Below, piece after piece: positions 48,471 through 61,499 of a DNA stretch of 64,000 bases. Under the pieces are notes generated by a model. The model saw only the letters and a list, made by a program, of their open reading frames with translations. It was not told the origin of the DNA and ran no database searches. The stretch spans positions 10,912,001-10,976,000 of the forward strand of contig NC_135830.1 of NCBI RefSeq assembly GCF_964213995.1. Direction: 5' to 3'. The position numbers were made by a program, and so were the translations under genes. Origin of the DNA: Mustelus asterias (taxonomy: Eukaryota). Position 1 is the first letter of the stretch. Every line of letters starts with the position of its first letter.

Positions 48471-49582
48471 TAGTTATAAGCTTTTATGTTGAAAGAGATT
48501 TGGGTGTGTTTGTACAAGGAACGCAGGAGGATAGCATGGTGGTGCAGCAAACAATAGGAAGAGAAATGGCATTTTGGTCCTTATTGCCAACAGATTGCTG
48601 TATAAGAATAAAAACGCCAATTTACATTTATACAGGATTTTGTTGGGAGCAAGTGTGAAATATTCGGTGCGTTTTTGATATCCACAATGCTTATTTTTAA
48701 AGGCTACCTTTCATTTGGAAACCCTGATGGGTTCCTGATATGAGAGAGTTCACCTGGGATGAGAGTCTGTGTAAATTGGGCTGAAATTCCCTGGAGTTTA
48801 GAATACTGAGAGGCAATCTTATTGAACCGACAGAATACTGAGAGATTGTTTCCCAGTCTCAGATGAGGACGCATCGGAGAACTGACACACAAACACATCC
48901 AGCCAAGACTCTAATTCTTAACTTTAATTGCATATTTGAAATGAATATATATTATACCATGTGATATGTATGATATGAATATTCATTAAATAAATAATGT
49001 TGACAACACCTGACAACAGTCGAGCGGCAACACTTGAGAAATATTTTTATTGTTGCCTAGGTTCACAAGCCGGAACTGCGCGACACTGAATACTTGTGGG
49101 GAAAATAAAAGTACAACCACCCGCCTCTGGATGGTACTGAGCCACCAACCATTTGCTTAAAGTCGAACGCAATAACGAATTCCGCAATTAAGACGAAGAC
49201 ACACTATATTAGGGTGTCAGCGAATGTTGTATATATCCAACCCCAATTCTCTCTTTTTAAAACATAGTCGAGAACTATAACATGACCACATCGTTTACAA
49301 TACTATGCAAGCCCCTTTGACTACTTTACTCCCCACAGTGTTGCAGCGATTTAGTGGTTTCCCGCTTCTCCCAACATGGGAAAGGGCCGTTTGATAGAGC
49401 AGAAAGGGACAAACTGTTTCCACTGACGATTGTCAGTAACCAAATAATTGGGATGGAAGGTAATTTATGAAAGACCGATTTGTATTTATGTGACGCCTTT
49501 CCGGGTTGGTGGACGTCACAATGCGCTTTGCAGCCAAATAAAGACAGTCACAATTGAAACTAAGGTAACAATTAGACAAGGA

Positions 49583-49646
49583 AGGGGGCACTCGGATTGA
49601 AACCGAGGGCCGTTTGATCTGCAGTCTACCACTGAGCTATACCCCC
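49583..49646 (-). pseudogene. tRNA-Cys(GCA) pseudogene with deletion
   Basis: Revcomp GGGGGTATAGCTCAGTGGTAGA(del)CTGCAGATCAAACGGCCCTCGGTTTCAATCCGAGTGCCCCCT. Confidence 0.8.
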
Positions 49647-51414
49647 TCAGCTGTAAGCGAATGCTCTGGATCCAGCATAGTCTTATTAAGTGGTGGAGGG
49701 GGATCCAGTGGTCAGACTGCATCCCGCTTTGTCTCAGAGTTACTGGTTTCTGAGTGAAGTCGGAGAGCTCAGCGTTAACGTTAGCGAGATGTTTTCTTGT
49801 GATTTGGCTGAGATTTGGATCCAGGACTAGGTGATGTTTGTGTCAATCTAATCGATAAAATCTACCCCCTTGTCATACAGATTTGACCTTGTATCCCCAT
49901 CTCTATTGGCAGCGCTTTGCAGCCTATCACTGTCCTTCACTATCTGTGTTTGTTCTTGAACTGTTGCCCATGTGACATTTCCAATTCGGACACAAATATA
50001 GATCGAACTCCACTGCTTCTGACAGAGCTGTTTTCGACCAGGAAACAACTCAGGTTTGTTAAATGGATTATCAAAAACTTTATATCTTGGCGTATCGAAG
50101 CCCGTCTCTGACCCTGAAAGCGCCAAATCCGAAGCACTGGACCACCAGGATTTCATTCTCCTCATTTTCCCATATACTGAATACAAGAATATGCACAGTG
50201 CCAATTATTCACAGTCGCATTCTCCTTCCAGTCTTGTGCACGTTTTTCAGCTTTGAAATTAGTCATCTTTTCACATTAGCTTCCAGTGTGATGAAAGCAG
50301 AGCAGTGATAAGCTGAAGTTTTTCAACAGATTTACCAAAATAAGGTTTAAAACAAACATTACTCTTTGAATATGGTGAGCTACAGTGAAATTTAATGTAG
50401 TAGAAGGTAGCTCATTCATTCTGACAGGAAGTACCAGCAATTGCAAAGTAAGTATGACGTCGAGATACCGGCATTGGACTGGGGTGGGCATAATAAGAAT
50501 TCTCACAGCGTCATGTTAAAGTCCAACAGGTTCATTTGTTCCGATAATAAAATAAATTTGCTGTATTTTATCAGCGCCCCGAAAGCTCCTGACTCCAAAT
50601 AGACCTGGTGTTGTAAGACTTCTCAATGTAAATATGAATTGTTGTGGGTAATTGACAGGATTGTGGAATGGGGCAGATTTTTCCTTCTTCCTGTTGAACC
50701 TGCCACAAGTATCTCTCCCGTTTTCGACCAGGAAGCAATATCCACTCTCCTTAATTCATGTGTTGCACGAGAGCAATGAATCATCATTCCCTAACCGTGA
50801 ATCGAACCCAAACCATGGCAGTTAAAGCAGCGAATTCTATCGACGAAACCAACACGGAAATTGAGGTGACCTGAGCATTATTGAGCAACTGTGGGCGTGT
50901 GTGTGCGTGTGTGATTTGGGAGAAAGGTCACGTGCTCTCGGGTAATCCCTGATGAATGAAGCCTCCGATCTCTTTATCGCTGAGCGTTTTGTGTTCTTGA
51001 GAAATCGTCCTCTGGGGCTGATGCAATGAGGCCAGGAGAGTAACTCACTGCACCGTCTGCAATGTGATTGTGGTGCGATTTGCTGAAAGCTGTTAATTTT
51101 ATAAAAATAATCTTTTTGCGAATTGTAAATGAAATGCCCTTCAGTACCCGGTAAGAATTCGCACAACACCAGGTTAAAGTGCAACGGGTTTGTTTGAAAT
51201 CACGAGCTTTCGGAGCGCATCTCCTTCATCACTCACGCTGAGGATTCACCACATTTTTCTGTCTTTGAATGAAAGCAATATATATCTCGTCAGTTCCCCG
51301 GTATCCTGAGTGTACGACACTGATTTCCACAGTACACTGCTTTAAATGTTTGTTTTCAATGTGAAATTAAGTAGTTTGATTCCATGTGAAGGATTTAAAC
51401 TTACACTCTTCCGG

Positions 51415-51745
51415 GAAGATTGTGACGTAGTGGTAAAATGAGTGGAGTATGAATCCTGTGGCCCAGGCTCAGAGGTCACGATCCCACCGCAGTCTAGAAC
51501 TGAAACGGAAGTGAAAGCTAGTCTCAGTAATGAAGCTTTGTTTTCCGATTGTCATGAAAACACATCTTGCAGAAGGAAATCTGTCATCCCTCTCCTTTCT
51601 GCCCTCCATGGGACTCCATAGGAAAGGCAATGTGATTGACTCTTAACTGCCCTCTGAAATGGTCCAGCAAAATACGCAGTTCAGTGGGAAATAGGGGTGG
51701 ACAACAAATGCTGGCATTGACAATGAAATATATATTGCATTCGCA
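51415..51745 (+). mobile_element. Deu-domain SINE, degraded
   Basis: GAAGGAAATCTGTCATCC..GACTCTTAACTGCCCTCTGAAATGG..ACAACAAATGCTGGC. Confidence 0.6.
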
Positions 51746-52407
51746 GCATTTTAAGAAATGATTAATTCACATTTTGTTTCATTTCATGTCAAACAGGGTG
51801 ACATATTCTGATGTCTCATTATTTAAAACCTCAGCCTTTCAACTGTTCAAACAGGTAAGATTCAGTCAGAGAAAGGTGAACCACTCTGATCCAAAACTAG
51901 GTTTTGTAGTTGCTGCGAATCCCACCTCAAAACAGAAAATGTTGGAAGGACTCATTAGCTTCAACAGCTTCTGTGGAGAGGGAAAGAGAGTGAATGATTC
52001 AGGTTGCTGACCTTTGACCCTAACTGGAAAAAAGTAGTGATTTAATGGTTTACAAACAAGTACAGAGTCAAGGAAAATAGAGAGGGAGAGGAGGAAAGAA
52101 CAAGCGGTCTTTTGATCGGATGGAAGGCTGGAGTGATTGAATTACAATGGAGATGATTATTGTTCCCACTGACACAATCTCGCAGATCTGGGTTTATATC
52201 TAATAATAAATGAGATCAAAACCTCTCGCTGAGTTCAGCGCTAAACTCCCCGCCTTCCAGTGAACTGGAGGCAGTTTTCAGTCACAAACCCACAACTGTG
52301 AGATAAACAACGCAGAAAGGAGAAAGACTCAGTTTGAGCGGTGACACTTCTGGAGGAATGGAGATCTGGAATTCACCCAGGAATGAGGCAAAGTTTAAAA
52401 ACAATGT

Positions 52408-52480
52408 CGCCCAACGTGGGGTTCGAACCCACGACCCTGAGATTAAGAGTCTCATGCTCTACCGACTGAGCTAGCCGGGC
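52408..52480 (-). tRNA. tRNA-Lys(CTT), apparently intact
   Basis: Revcomp GCCCGGCTAGCTCAGTCGGTAGAGCATGAGACTCTTAATCTCAGGGTCGTGGGTTCGAACCCCACGTTGGGCG, with a T5 terminator 7 bp downstream. Confidence 0.95.
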
Positions 52481-55084
52481 ACATGGAGTAACCTGCTTTC
52501 CATAACAAATATGGTTTTTCCATCTGGTGTCTCAGCTTGTTCTGATTTCAAAGTTTACAATGAATCTACTGACATAATCCCCAAAGTTCCTATCCATTCC
52601 TCTCAGTCATTAATAACATTACTCACATGTTGAAATTCTTAGCTTCGCCTCTCCCAAATATTCCAACCTCCTCTAACATCATTCACCTTATTTTTCTTTG
52701 TTCTTAATACTTTAGTCAGGGGTGGAGGGAACTCAACATTTGCACTGTCAAACGGTTTCCCAGTTTCAGACTTTTCAGTAAGATCACCTCTGATAATTCT
52801 AAACTCCAGAGCGAACAGACTCATCCCACTGATTCTCTCCTTGCAGGAGAAACACAGAAATCAATCCAGTGAACCTCGGTTACACACAGACAGCGAAATA
52901 ATGGACAGAGCAAGGAGCAAAATATGTCAACGTAATAAAAACATAGTCAGAGAGTCTGAGGGAGAGATATAGAGACACGAAAAACAGAAATAGCGAGTGT
53001 GGTACACTTCCACAACCCACGAATGAATAACAATAATTACACAGCCAGCTGTCTCAACCAACAAACATGGGGTCCTCTGAACTGGTGAACAGCGATAAAG
53101 TGAATGGCCACAAGCATATTAACAATGAAAATATTTCCATTGACATCCAAAGCTGCTCAGACTTCTGCAGTGAAAGGTGAAAATGCTGGAAAAACTCATA
53201 AAGCCAGACAGCTTGTGTGCACAGGAGAACAAATCTTATATTTTAGCTCCATAACCTTTCATTGGGAATAACTGGGAATTTTTAGAAATGTAGGAAGTTT
53301 TAAACAAGTGTTATCCAGCCGCATAGCAAGAGGGTTTGAGGCCTCTTGCGGGTGTAAATCAGGAGAGATTAAATGAGGGAAACAATGAATTTTAAAGAAA
53401 TTACACCACAGAATGGGGCCATTCCTAAGCCCCTTACAGGACTCAGTTGTGGTGTGGATGAAGGGGAACCTGTGGATGTAATGTACGTAGATTACATTGG
53501 AGCCACAGTGATGAGTTGGTGGGTTTTGAAAATTGAAATTTGCACTTAGGAACATAGAATTAGGAGCAGAAGTGGGCAAATTCAGCGCTTCGAGCCTGAA
53601 CCGTCATGCAATCAGTTCATGACTGATCTCTCCCTGTTCTCAAATCCACCTCCCGACCGGTTCCAATATCCCCTCATCCCTTTAATTATCAGGAATATAT
53701 CTGTCTCTTTCTTGAAATCATTTAATGATTCAGACTCAACCGCGCTATACGGCAATGCATTCCACAAATTCACGACCCTTAGTGAAAAGCAGTTCCTCCT
53801 CATCTCAGTTTTAAATCTACCACCTCTCAACCTATACATTTGACATGGTGTTCCCGATTGCGCATAAGAAAAAAGATTTTACTTTCTTTAATACTATTAA
53901 GAATTTTATAAAGCACGATCACTTCAGCATCTTGTGGGAGTATTTCACCTCACTGTCGATTTCATGTCCCAGCAAGCACAATCGGTGTTGTCATTAGCTG
54001 AAGCAGTCACTTATGTTCCCTCCAAACTGGACACATTCAGGGATATATGGAAAGTCATTTTGAAACACACAGTTCACCCATGACCCTGGGAGTCCAGTGG
54101 GTTGTATTCTGTACTCCCCAGTGTTGTTTGTTTTCAATTCCCGCTCAGGAAATGATTATTTATAGCTCTCGGCAAACTATTAAAAAATAGCCTGATTTAC
54201 TATCTGATCGAAAGCAGATCTACTAATATCAGCCGAGTGAGTTTTGCAAGTTGACATCACAGCTGGAAATGTCACATGTGCAACAGGTCAAAAACACAGT
54301 TGCAAGAAAGACAGTGATCGGCTGGAAAGCGCTGACAACAGAGATGGTGATGTAAGGTAACATTTGGATGGTAAATTGATCAGATTTTGGCGTTCACACT
54401 GAATTATTCAACTTGTCCCTCAATCTGCAACGAAAATATTTGGAAAAGGTTCTCTCCAGTTTCGAACAGTCGGAAGTGAAATTAGTAACTGTAAGTGGAA
54501 TGTCTGTTGTATGTTGTCACTGATTGAATGTATCACTGGGCTGGTAACAGAAAGTGCCATTTTGCAACAGAGACTTGCTTGTGGTGAATGTAGTCTGGCC
54601 TGGCGCGAAAAATAAAGCAACACATGCAGTGTGTGTAAAGCAAGTTGTAAAACAGGCTACAAGCAGCTGATCTGGTGGTTAGAGTCTGACACTTTCACTG
54701 CTGTTTGGATTGGCGGTCAGGTAATGGAGATTTGTTGCTCTCATCCAAACCGTAAAAACAAACGTCAGTTATTGCCTGGTGGAACATGTAAAACACAATG
54801 TCGCCTCGTGTCCTGAAGTGAAGACTGCGCAAATTCAACAGGAGGTTTTTTTTTGTCATTTCTGGCAGGATATTGGGAACCAGACATGGTTAAGGGCAGT
54901 TTAAATGGTGCTGGTCCTTCACTGCAACTCATTCTGTTTCTGACTGGATGTGATTCCTGTTTGTTATACAGTTCAGGATAAATTGATTCAGTGAAGGAGC
55001 AGGCTCAAGCCAACTGATGGACTGTCGCAGCTCCTTTGCTGCCAATTTCAATAACAATGCCAATAAAGGACGCAGCTGCTTACG

Positions 55085-55167
55085 TGGTAACGTAGCCGAG
55101 TAATTTCAGCCAGTGGTTGAAAGTCCAATTTCGACGGAGTTGTTGTTTCGACTGCAGCCACTGCCAG
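55085..55167 (+). pseudogene. tRNA-Leu remnant
   Basis: GGTAACGTAGCCGAGT..CCACTGCCA in flanks paralogous to 16330, 17387 and 35634. Confidence 0.55.
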
Positions 55168-56109
55168 AATGGGTTTGAGTTTTGGTCCCTGCAGCTGAAG
55201 TCCAGCATTTCAGATTGAATGCAAGAATTTGTGTTGTGTCGTTTTTGGCATGAAGAAAGAGGAGCGACAGAGCAATGTAAACAGTTGTTGAGGTAAAGGA
55301 ACGAGTGAGGAAGGAGTGGAGCAAATTATCGTGGATTCTGGTATCGGAAACAAAAAGAGAAAATGCTGGAAAATCTCACCAGCATCTGTAAGGAGTGAAG
55401 AAAGCTGACATTTCGAGTCCAGATGACCCTTTGTCAAAGCTGGGAGGAGTGGAGTTGCTCCGATAGAGAATACAAACGGGAACACCGGTTGAATGGCTGT
55501 CTGTCGAAATAAACAGCAGGATTGCAAACATTGAGACTGCAGTCCCGGCCCAGGGGATGTATTGGGATTTTCAAACTGAGATTCAAATCCTGACGTGCGC
55601 TTCCCGTCATTCCTCATTGTGACTTTTTTTTAAATTGAAAGTTATTGGAAATGAAGCAATGGGTGCAGCTATGATCAACTCCTGCAAAATTGTCACATCA
55701 GCGTCACTGAGGGTCCAGTGATCAGCGTCGGCGCCGTGATGCGGTTTCGTTTCCCAGTCACGGAGTGAATACATTTTTGTTCATTTCTTCATTTAATAAA
55801 AACAGCGTCCGTGAAGGGAACAACAAGCTAAATCTTCCAGCTGGATGAACTTGTATCAGAGCTGGAAAAATCAGAGATGTAACATTGACGATAAACTCTG
55901 AAGAAGAACCACATGACACAAACAACATACATGTCAAGGACATACACAATACACATGTCAAATCATGTCACTTTCAACTTCTGTCTTTTAACTTCCGGCT
56001 CTCCATCTCAGACATTTCCACATTCATCAAAAATCTCCGTCCTCAAACCCCATCCTGGTCCTCGATCCACGGATAATGCTGCACTTACTGAAAACACATT
56101 GCAGCATTT

Positions 56110-56182
56110 GGTTTCATAGCTCAGTGGTTAGAGCACTGGTCCAGTAAACCAGGGGTCGTGAGTTTAATTCTCGCTGGAGCCT
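56110..56182 (+). tRNA. tRNA-Thr(AGT)-like, likely pseudogene (C33, T-loop TTTAATT)
   Basis: GGTTTCATAGCTCAGTGGTTAGAGCACTGGTCCAGTAAACCAGGGGTCGTGAGTTTAATTCTCGCTGGAGCCT. Confidence 0.8.
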
Positions 56183-56289
56183 ATGGACGAAGTTTAGCTT
56201 ATAGAAGCTGTCGGAAAGGGGAAGAAAGTCCCTAAAAATAGAGAGCTTTGATGAGTGGAGGCGCCGATCGGCTGTCGCTTTGGAAAGCG

Positions 56290-57285
56290 AATAGATATTT
56301 CCTTCTTCGTAAAAAAAATAGAAAGAGCAAGACATATTTGAAGAGCTGAAAAAGGTAAGTGTCGATATTGAGCAGAGAATAGATGCGTTTGTACAAGGAA
56401 TGCATAAAGCTGGCATGTAGGTGCAGGCAATGATTGGAAGGAAAATTGCATTTTGGTGTTTATTGACGGCAGACTGGAGTCCAAGTATAACGAGGTGTTG
56501 CTGAAGTTGCACAGGGTTTTGTTGAGACCACATGTTGAATATTCTGTGCAGATATGATATTCACATTTAATAAAGGATATGTTTACATTGGAAACGATGC
56601 AGATAAGGTTCAGCAGATAATCCCTGGGATGAGGGAGTTGCCAATCCAAAGATGTGCGGGTTAGGTTGATTGGCTATGCTAAAATTGCCCCTTAGTGTCC
56701 TGGGATGCATAGAATAGAGGGATTAGTGGGTAAAATATATGGGGGTAGGGCCTGGGTGGGATTGTGGTCGGTGCAGACTTGATGGGCCGAATGGCCTCTT
56801 TCTGTACTGTAGGGTTTCTATGATTTCTATGATTTCTATGTATGATGAGAGGCTGAGCAAATTGGGCTGAAAATCTCTGGAGTTTGGAAGAATGAGAGGC
56901 GATTTCATTAAACCTACACAAGTCTGATTGGGTTTGATAGGGTGGAGACTGAGAGATTTCTTCTGCTTGTCGGGAAATCTAACCCACGGCAGTACAGTCT
57001 CAGGAAAATGGGCTGATCATTTCGGCCTAAGATAAGGAGAAATTACTTCACTGAAATGGTTGTGAATCTTTGAAATTCCCTATGCCAGACAGTTATGGAA
57101 GCTCCATCATCGAATATATTCAAGGTTGGGATAGACAGGTTTCTGGCCTCTCGGGGAATTCAGGGCTATGGGGAGCTGGTGAAAAACTGAGTTGTACCCC
57201 AAGATCAGCCATCACGGTACTGAATTTCGGGAACACGCTCGATGGACCGAGTGGTCTACTCCTGCTCCGATTTATTGTGTTCATG
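56290..57285 (+). mobile_element. Old CR1 LINE 3' fragment interrupted by a 5'-truncated HE1 SINE (about 56646-56843)
   Basis: Degenerate CR1 3' sequence. HE1 tail (ATTTCTATG)n ends at about 56843. Confidence 0.75.
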
Positions 57286-58340
57286 TGGATGATCAAGCTA
57301 ATAATTCATGTTAAAATAAAAACAGAAAGTGCTGGAAGTTCTCAGCAGGTATTGCAGCAAATGTGAATCGGACAGAGAGTTAAGGTTCTCAGTCTAATAT
57401 GGCTCTTTTTAAACTGGCAACTGAGTGTGAGTTACAACAATTAGCACAATATCGAGACAGGGAATTGAATTGAATCCAGGCAGTGAAAGCCCTGAATTTA
57501 AACTCCTGTATTATTTCGGCAGTAAACTTGTTCTGGAGACTGACCTGCCAATTGAAAGTGTGGAGGTTTGAGAGCACCCCGAGCCAAATGGACTCCCGCT
57601 ATTCCTGTTTCTGCTTATATTCCCGACACAGATTTACTTTGTGCCCTTCTGTAACAGTGAAATATTGTCCAAACTTTGTCAGTCTTGCTGTTATTCAGTA
57701 AATTACCATACTGTTATGATACATAGGCTCATCCCCTTTATCTCACATCGTAATCTGGAAAAACTATTTGTGAAACTGCGAACTGTTTTTTATTAACGTT
57801 CAGAGGCTTATTAATGATAAAAATTCCTGTCACTCACTTTGAGTGAATAATCAACAAGCTATTTTATTCAAATAACCAAGAACATTAAGTAAACAAGTAA
57901 AACATGTGAATTAAGGTACGGTTCGACTGAAATGCTGTTCAAATAATACTAGGAACATTCATTACCAATACTGTAATAACAGAATTTCAGTCACTCTCAA
58001 AGAAATTATACAAACAGCCTCGATGGGATTCAGAAGATTTTGGAGTTCTGCAGTAGTTGTGCGGTCTGTAAGGTCTTTCTAACTCCGTATCCTTCGGTTA
58101 GATAGTTTTCTTAAGCGAATTTTAATCTGTCAGGGGTGGAGAACTGCTGCAGAGGCAAATGTTTTTTTGACTGGCTGCCCTGGCCTCTGGAGATGGTCAC
58201 CCAAGATATTATCGAGCGATGGTTGTTCCTCTGGCCTTTTTTTACCTGATGTGGAGATGCCGACGTTGGACTGGGGTAAACACACTGAGAGTTTTAACAA
58301 CACCAGGTTAAAGTCCAACAGGTTTATTTGGTAGCAAATG

Positions 58341-58377
58341 CCATTAGCTTTCGGAGCGCTGCCCCTTCGTCAGATGG
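58341..58377 (-). ncRNA. Minimal type-I hammerhead ribozyme in the Penelope terminus
   Basis: CCAU-CUGACGA-A-GGGGC(AGC)GCUCC-GAAA-GC-UA-AUGG: intact core, stem I CCAU/AUGG, stem II, and palindromic AGCU stem III. Confidence 0.8.
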
Positions 58378-59422
58378 AGTGGATATCTGCTCGCAAACAA
58401 GGCACACAGAGACAGAAAATCAAGTTAAAGAATACTGATTAGAATGCCAATCCTGACAGCCAACCAGGCCTTAAAGGGACAGACAATGTGAGTGGAGGGA
58501 GCATTAGGCACAGGCTAAAGAAATGTGTATTGTCTCCAGACAGGAGAGCCAGTGAGATTCTGCAAGTCCAGGAGGCAAGCTGTGGGGGTTACCGAAAGTG
58601 TGACATGAATCCAATATCCCGGTTGAGGCCGTCCTCTTGTGTGCGGAATTTGGCTATCCATTTCTGCTCAGCGACTCTGCGCTGTCGTGTGTCGTGAAGG
58701 CCGCCTTGGAGAACGCTTATCCGGAGATCAGAGGCTGAATGCCCGTGACCGCTGAAGTGCTCCCCCACAGGAAGAGAACAGTCTTACCTGGTGATTGTCG
58801 AGCGGTGTTCATTCATCCGTTGTCGTAGCGTTTGCATGGTTTCCCCAATGTACCATGCCTCGGGACATCCTTTCCTGCAGCGTATCAGGTAGACAACGTT
58901 GACCGAGTTGCAAGAGTAGGTACCGTGTGCCTGATAGATACTGTTCTCACGTGCGATGATGGCATCCGTGTCGATGATTCGGCACGTCTTGCAGAGGTTG
59001 CTGTGGCAGGGTTGTGTGGTGTCATGGTCACTGTTCTTCTGAAGGCTGGGTAGTTTGCTGCGGACAATAGTCTGTTTGAGATTGTGCGGTTGTCTGAAGG
59101 CAAGAAGTGGGGGTGTGGGGATGGCCGTGGCGAGATGTTCGTCTTCATCAATGACATGTTGAAGGCTCCGGAGGAGATGCTGTAGCTTCTCCGCTCCGGG
59201 GAAGTACTGGACGACGAACGGTACTCTGTGCACCGTGTCCCATGTTTGTCTTCTGAGGAGGTCGGTGCGGTTTTTCACTGTGGCGCGTCGGAACTGTCGA
59301 TCGATGAGTCGAGCGCCATATCCTGTTCTTATGAGGGCATCTTTCAGCGTCTGGAGGTGTCTGTTGCGATCCTCCTCATCAGAGCAGATCCTGTGTGTAC
59401 GGAGCGCTTGTCCGTATGGGAT

Positions 59423-59767
59423 GGCGGCACGGTAGCACAGTGGTTAGCACTGCTGCTTCACAGCTCCAGGGACCTGGGATCGATTCCCGGCTTGGGTCAC
59501 TGTCTGTGTGGAGTTTGCACATTCTCCTCGTGTCTGCGTGGGTTTCCTCCGGGTGCTCCGGTTTCATCCCACAGTCCAAAGATGTGCGGGTTATGTTGAT
59601 TGGCCATGCTTAACAATTGCCCTTAGTGTCCTGAGATGCATAGGTTAGAGGGATTAGTGGGTAAATATGTAGGGATATGGGGGTAGGGCCTGGGTGGGAT
59701 TGTGGTCGGTGCAGACTCGATGGGCCGAATGGCCTCTTTCTGTACTGTAGGGTTTCTTTCTATGATT
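59423..59767 (+). mobile_element. HE1-type SINE inserted in the Penelope ORF
   Basis: Full-length match to the 8282 element. Confidence 0.92.
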
Positions 59768-61409
59768 AACGTGTTCAGGGTGGAAGCTGGAGAGTGGAGC
59801 ATCGTGAGGTTATCCGTACACTGCGGTACAGTGATTTGCTGAGGTGAGCGTCCTTAATGGAGATGCGTGTGTCCAAGAATGCAACCAATTCTGGAGAGTA
59901 GTCCATGGTGAGTCTGATGGTGGGATGGAACTTGTTGATGTCATCATATAGTTGTTTCAGTGATTGTTCACCACGAGTCCAAAGGAAGAAAATGTCATCG
60001 ATGTATCTAGTGTATAGCATCGATTGAAGGCACTGTGCGGTGAAGTCGTCTTGGTCGAACCTGTGCATGAAGAGGTTGGCATATTGAGGTGCGAATTTGG
60101 CCCCCACGGCGTGTGTCTGGATGAAGAACTGGTTGTTGAAGGTGCAGACATTGTGGTCCAGGATGAAGCGGATGAGTTGTAAAATTGCATCTGGAAACTG
60201 GCAGTTTTCGGCGTTGAGCTGAGGCCGTTGCAGCGATGCCATCATCGTGGGGGATGCTGGTGTAGAGTGCCGGGACATACATTGTGACGAGGAGTGCTCC
60301 TGGTTCAACTGCTCCATGTGTGTTGAGTTTCTGTAGGAAGACCGTCGTGTCGTGACAAAAGCTGGGGGGTCTTTGTACCATGGGTTTCAGGATGCCCTCG
60401 ACATAGCCTGAGAGGTTCTCGCACAGGGTCCCATTGCCCGATACGATGGGACGGCCGGGTGTTTTTGCCTTGTGTATCTTTGGGAGGCAGTAGTCATCTC
60501 CAACGCGGGGAGTACGTGGGATGAGAGCACGGAGGGTGCTCTGAAGGCCCGGATCAAAGGTTTTGATCGGAGTGCTGAGTTGACGGGTGTGTTCTTTAGT
60601 CGGATCTGTGGGTAACTGTCTGTAGTGTTCCTCGTTGTTCAGTTGTCGGTACACTTCTTTGCAGTAATCCGTTCTGTTCAGTATGACGATGGCCTCTGAG
60701 TGCGGAATTGTCTCCTCAACTCAGTCCTAAATGGTTGACACACCATCCGGATAATGTGAGCCCAGTTCAAAGCACTCCAGACTCCAGCAAGAGGCGGGGG
60801 AGGAGTTGGGGTGGGGGGTGGAGGGGGTGTTGCGGTGTTGGGGGGCGGGGAGACCGGCGGTGGAAACAATCTCTCAGCATGTACACTGTCAAACAGTCTC
60901 GCCTTTCCAGACTTTTCAATGGGATCACTTTTCATTATTCCATACCCCAGGGAGAACATGGTAACAGCAATGAGTCTCTCCTCCAAGGGCAACTGCCTCA
61001 TCACAACAATCAATCCAGTGAATCTTGGTTACACAAACAGCGCGAGAATAGAGGGAAATAAGAGCAAAGTATGGAAAGTTGATAGAGGCACAAAGAGAGA
61101 CTGAGACAGTGAAAGAGACTGACGTCGATACACAGAAACAAAGAGACAGATATAGACAGTGAGTGGGGTAGTCAGCCACATCTAATGCATGAATAACAAT
61201 GTAGACAAAGCCAGCGGCCGGAGTCCACAAGAATTGGGTCCTCTGAATCGTTGGCGAGGGACAAAGAGAATGTTCCAAAGCATAGTCAACTTCTGAAAAA
61301 ATCTCGAATTGCTTGAGAGGCAGTTTCCCAAACCAAACAGTGAGTAAACTCATCCTGCCCTGTCCACGGCAAATGAATGAGCAAGACTTTGCCATTGCTA
61401 ACAACAACG

Positions 61410-61499
61410 GGGCTTGTCTGGGATATGAACCCAGGGCCTCTCGCAAACTGGCAAATCATAACACCCAAAGCGAGAATCATACCCCTAGACCAACGAGCC
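61410..61499 (-). tRNA. tRNA-Pro(TGG), full length, with 18-nt intron-like insertion (61446-61463)
   Basis: Revcomp GGCTCGTTGGTCTAGGGGTATGATTCTCGCTTTGGG-tgttatgatttgccagtt-TGCGAGAGGCCCTGGGTTCATATCCCAGACAAGCCC. A58T and one acceptor mismatch may impair function. Confidence 0.9.

Larger units (their letters stand above)
58247..60694 (-). mobile_element. Penelope-like retroelement (RT + GIY-YIG endonuclease), frameshifted
   Basis: ORF 60007-60654 has LPKIHK..PGRPIVS and ALYTSIPH. ORF 59775-60317 has FAPQYANLFM and RYIDDIF. ORF 58784-59278 has VVYLIRC..WYIGET..LRQRMNEH. Confidence 0.92.

Noticed and set aside
57770-58240. Possible LTR fragment
   Set aside because: Only compositional hints. No second LTR, PBS or internal domain.
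190-59440. Scattered CACAGTG/CACTGTG heptamers as D/J RSSs
   Set aside because: I saw no correctly spaced nonamers or FGxG J motifs. Several lie inside SINE heads. Not exhaustively scanned.
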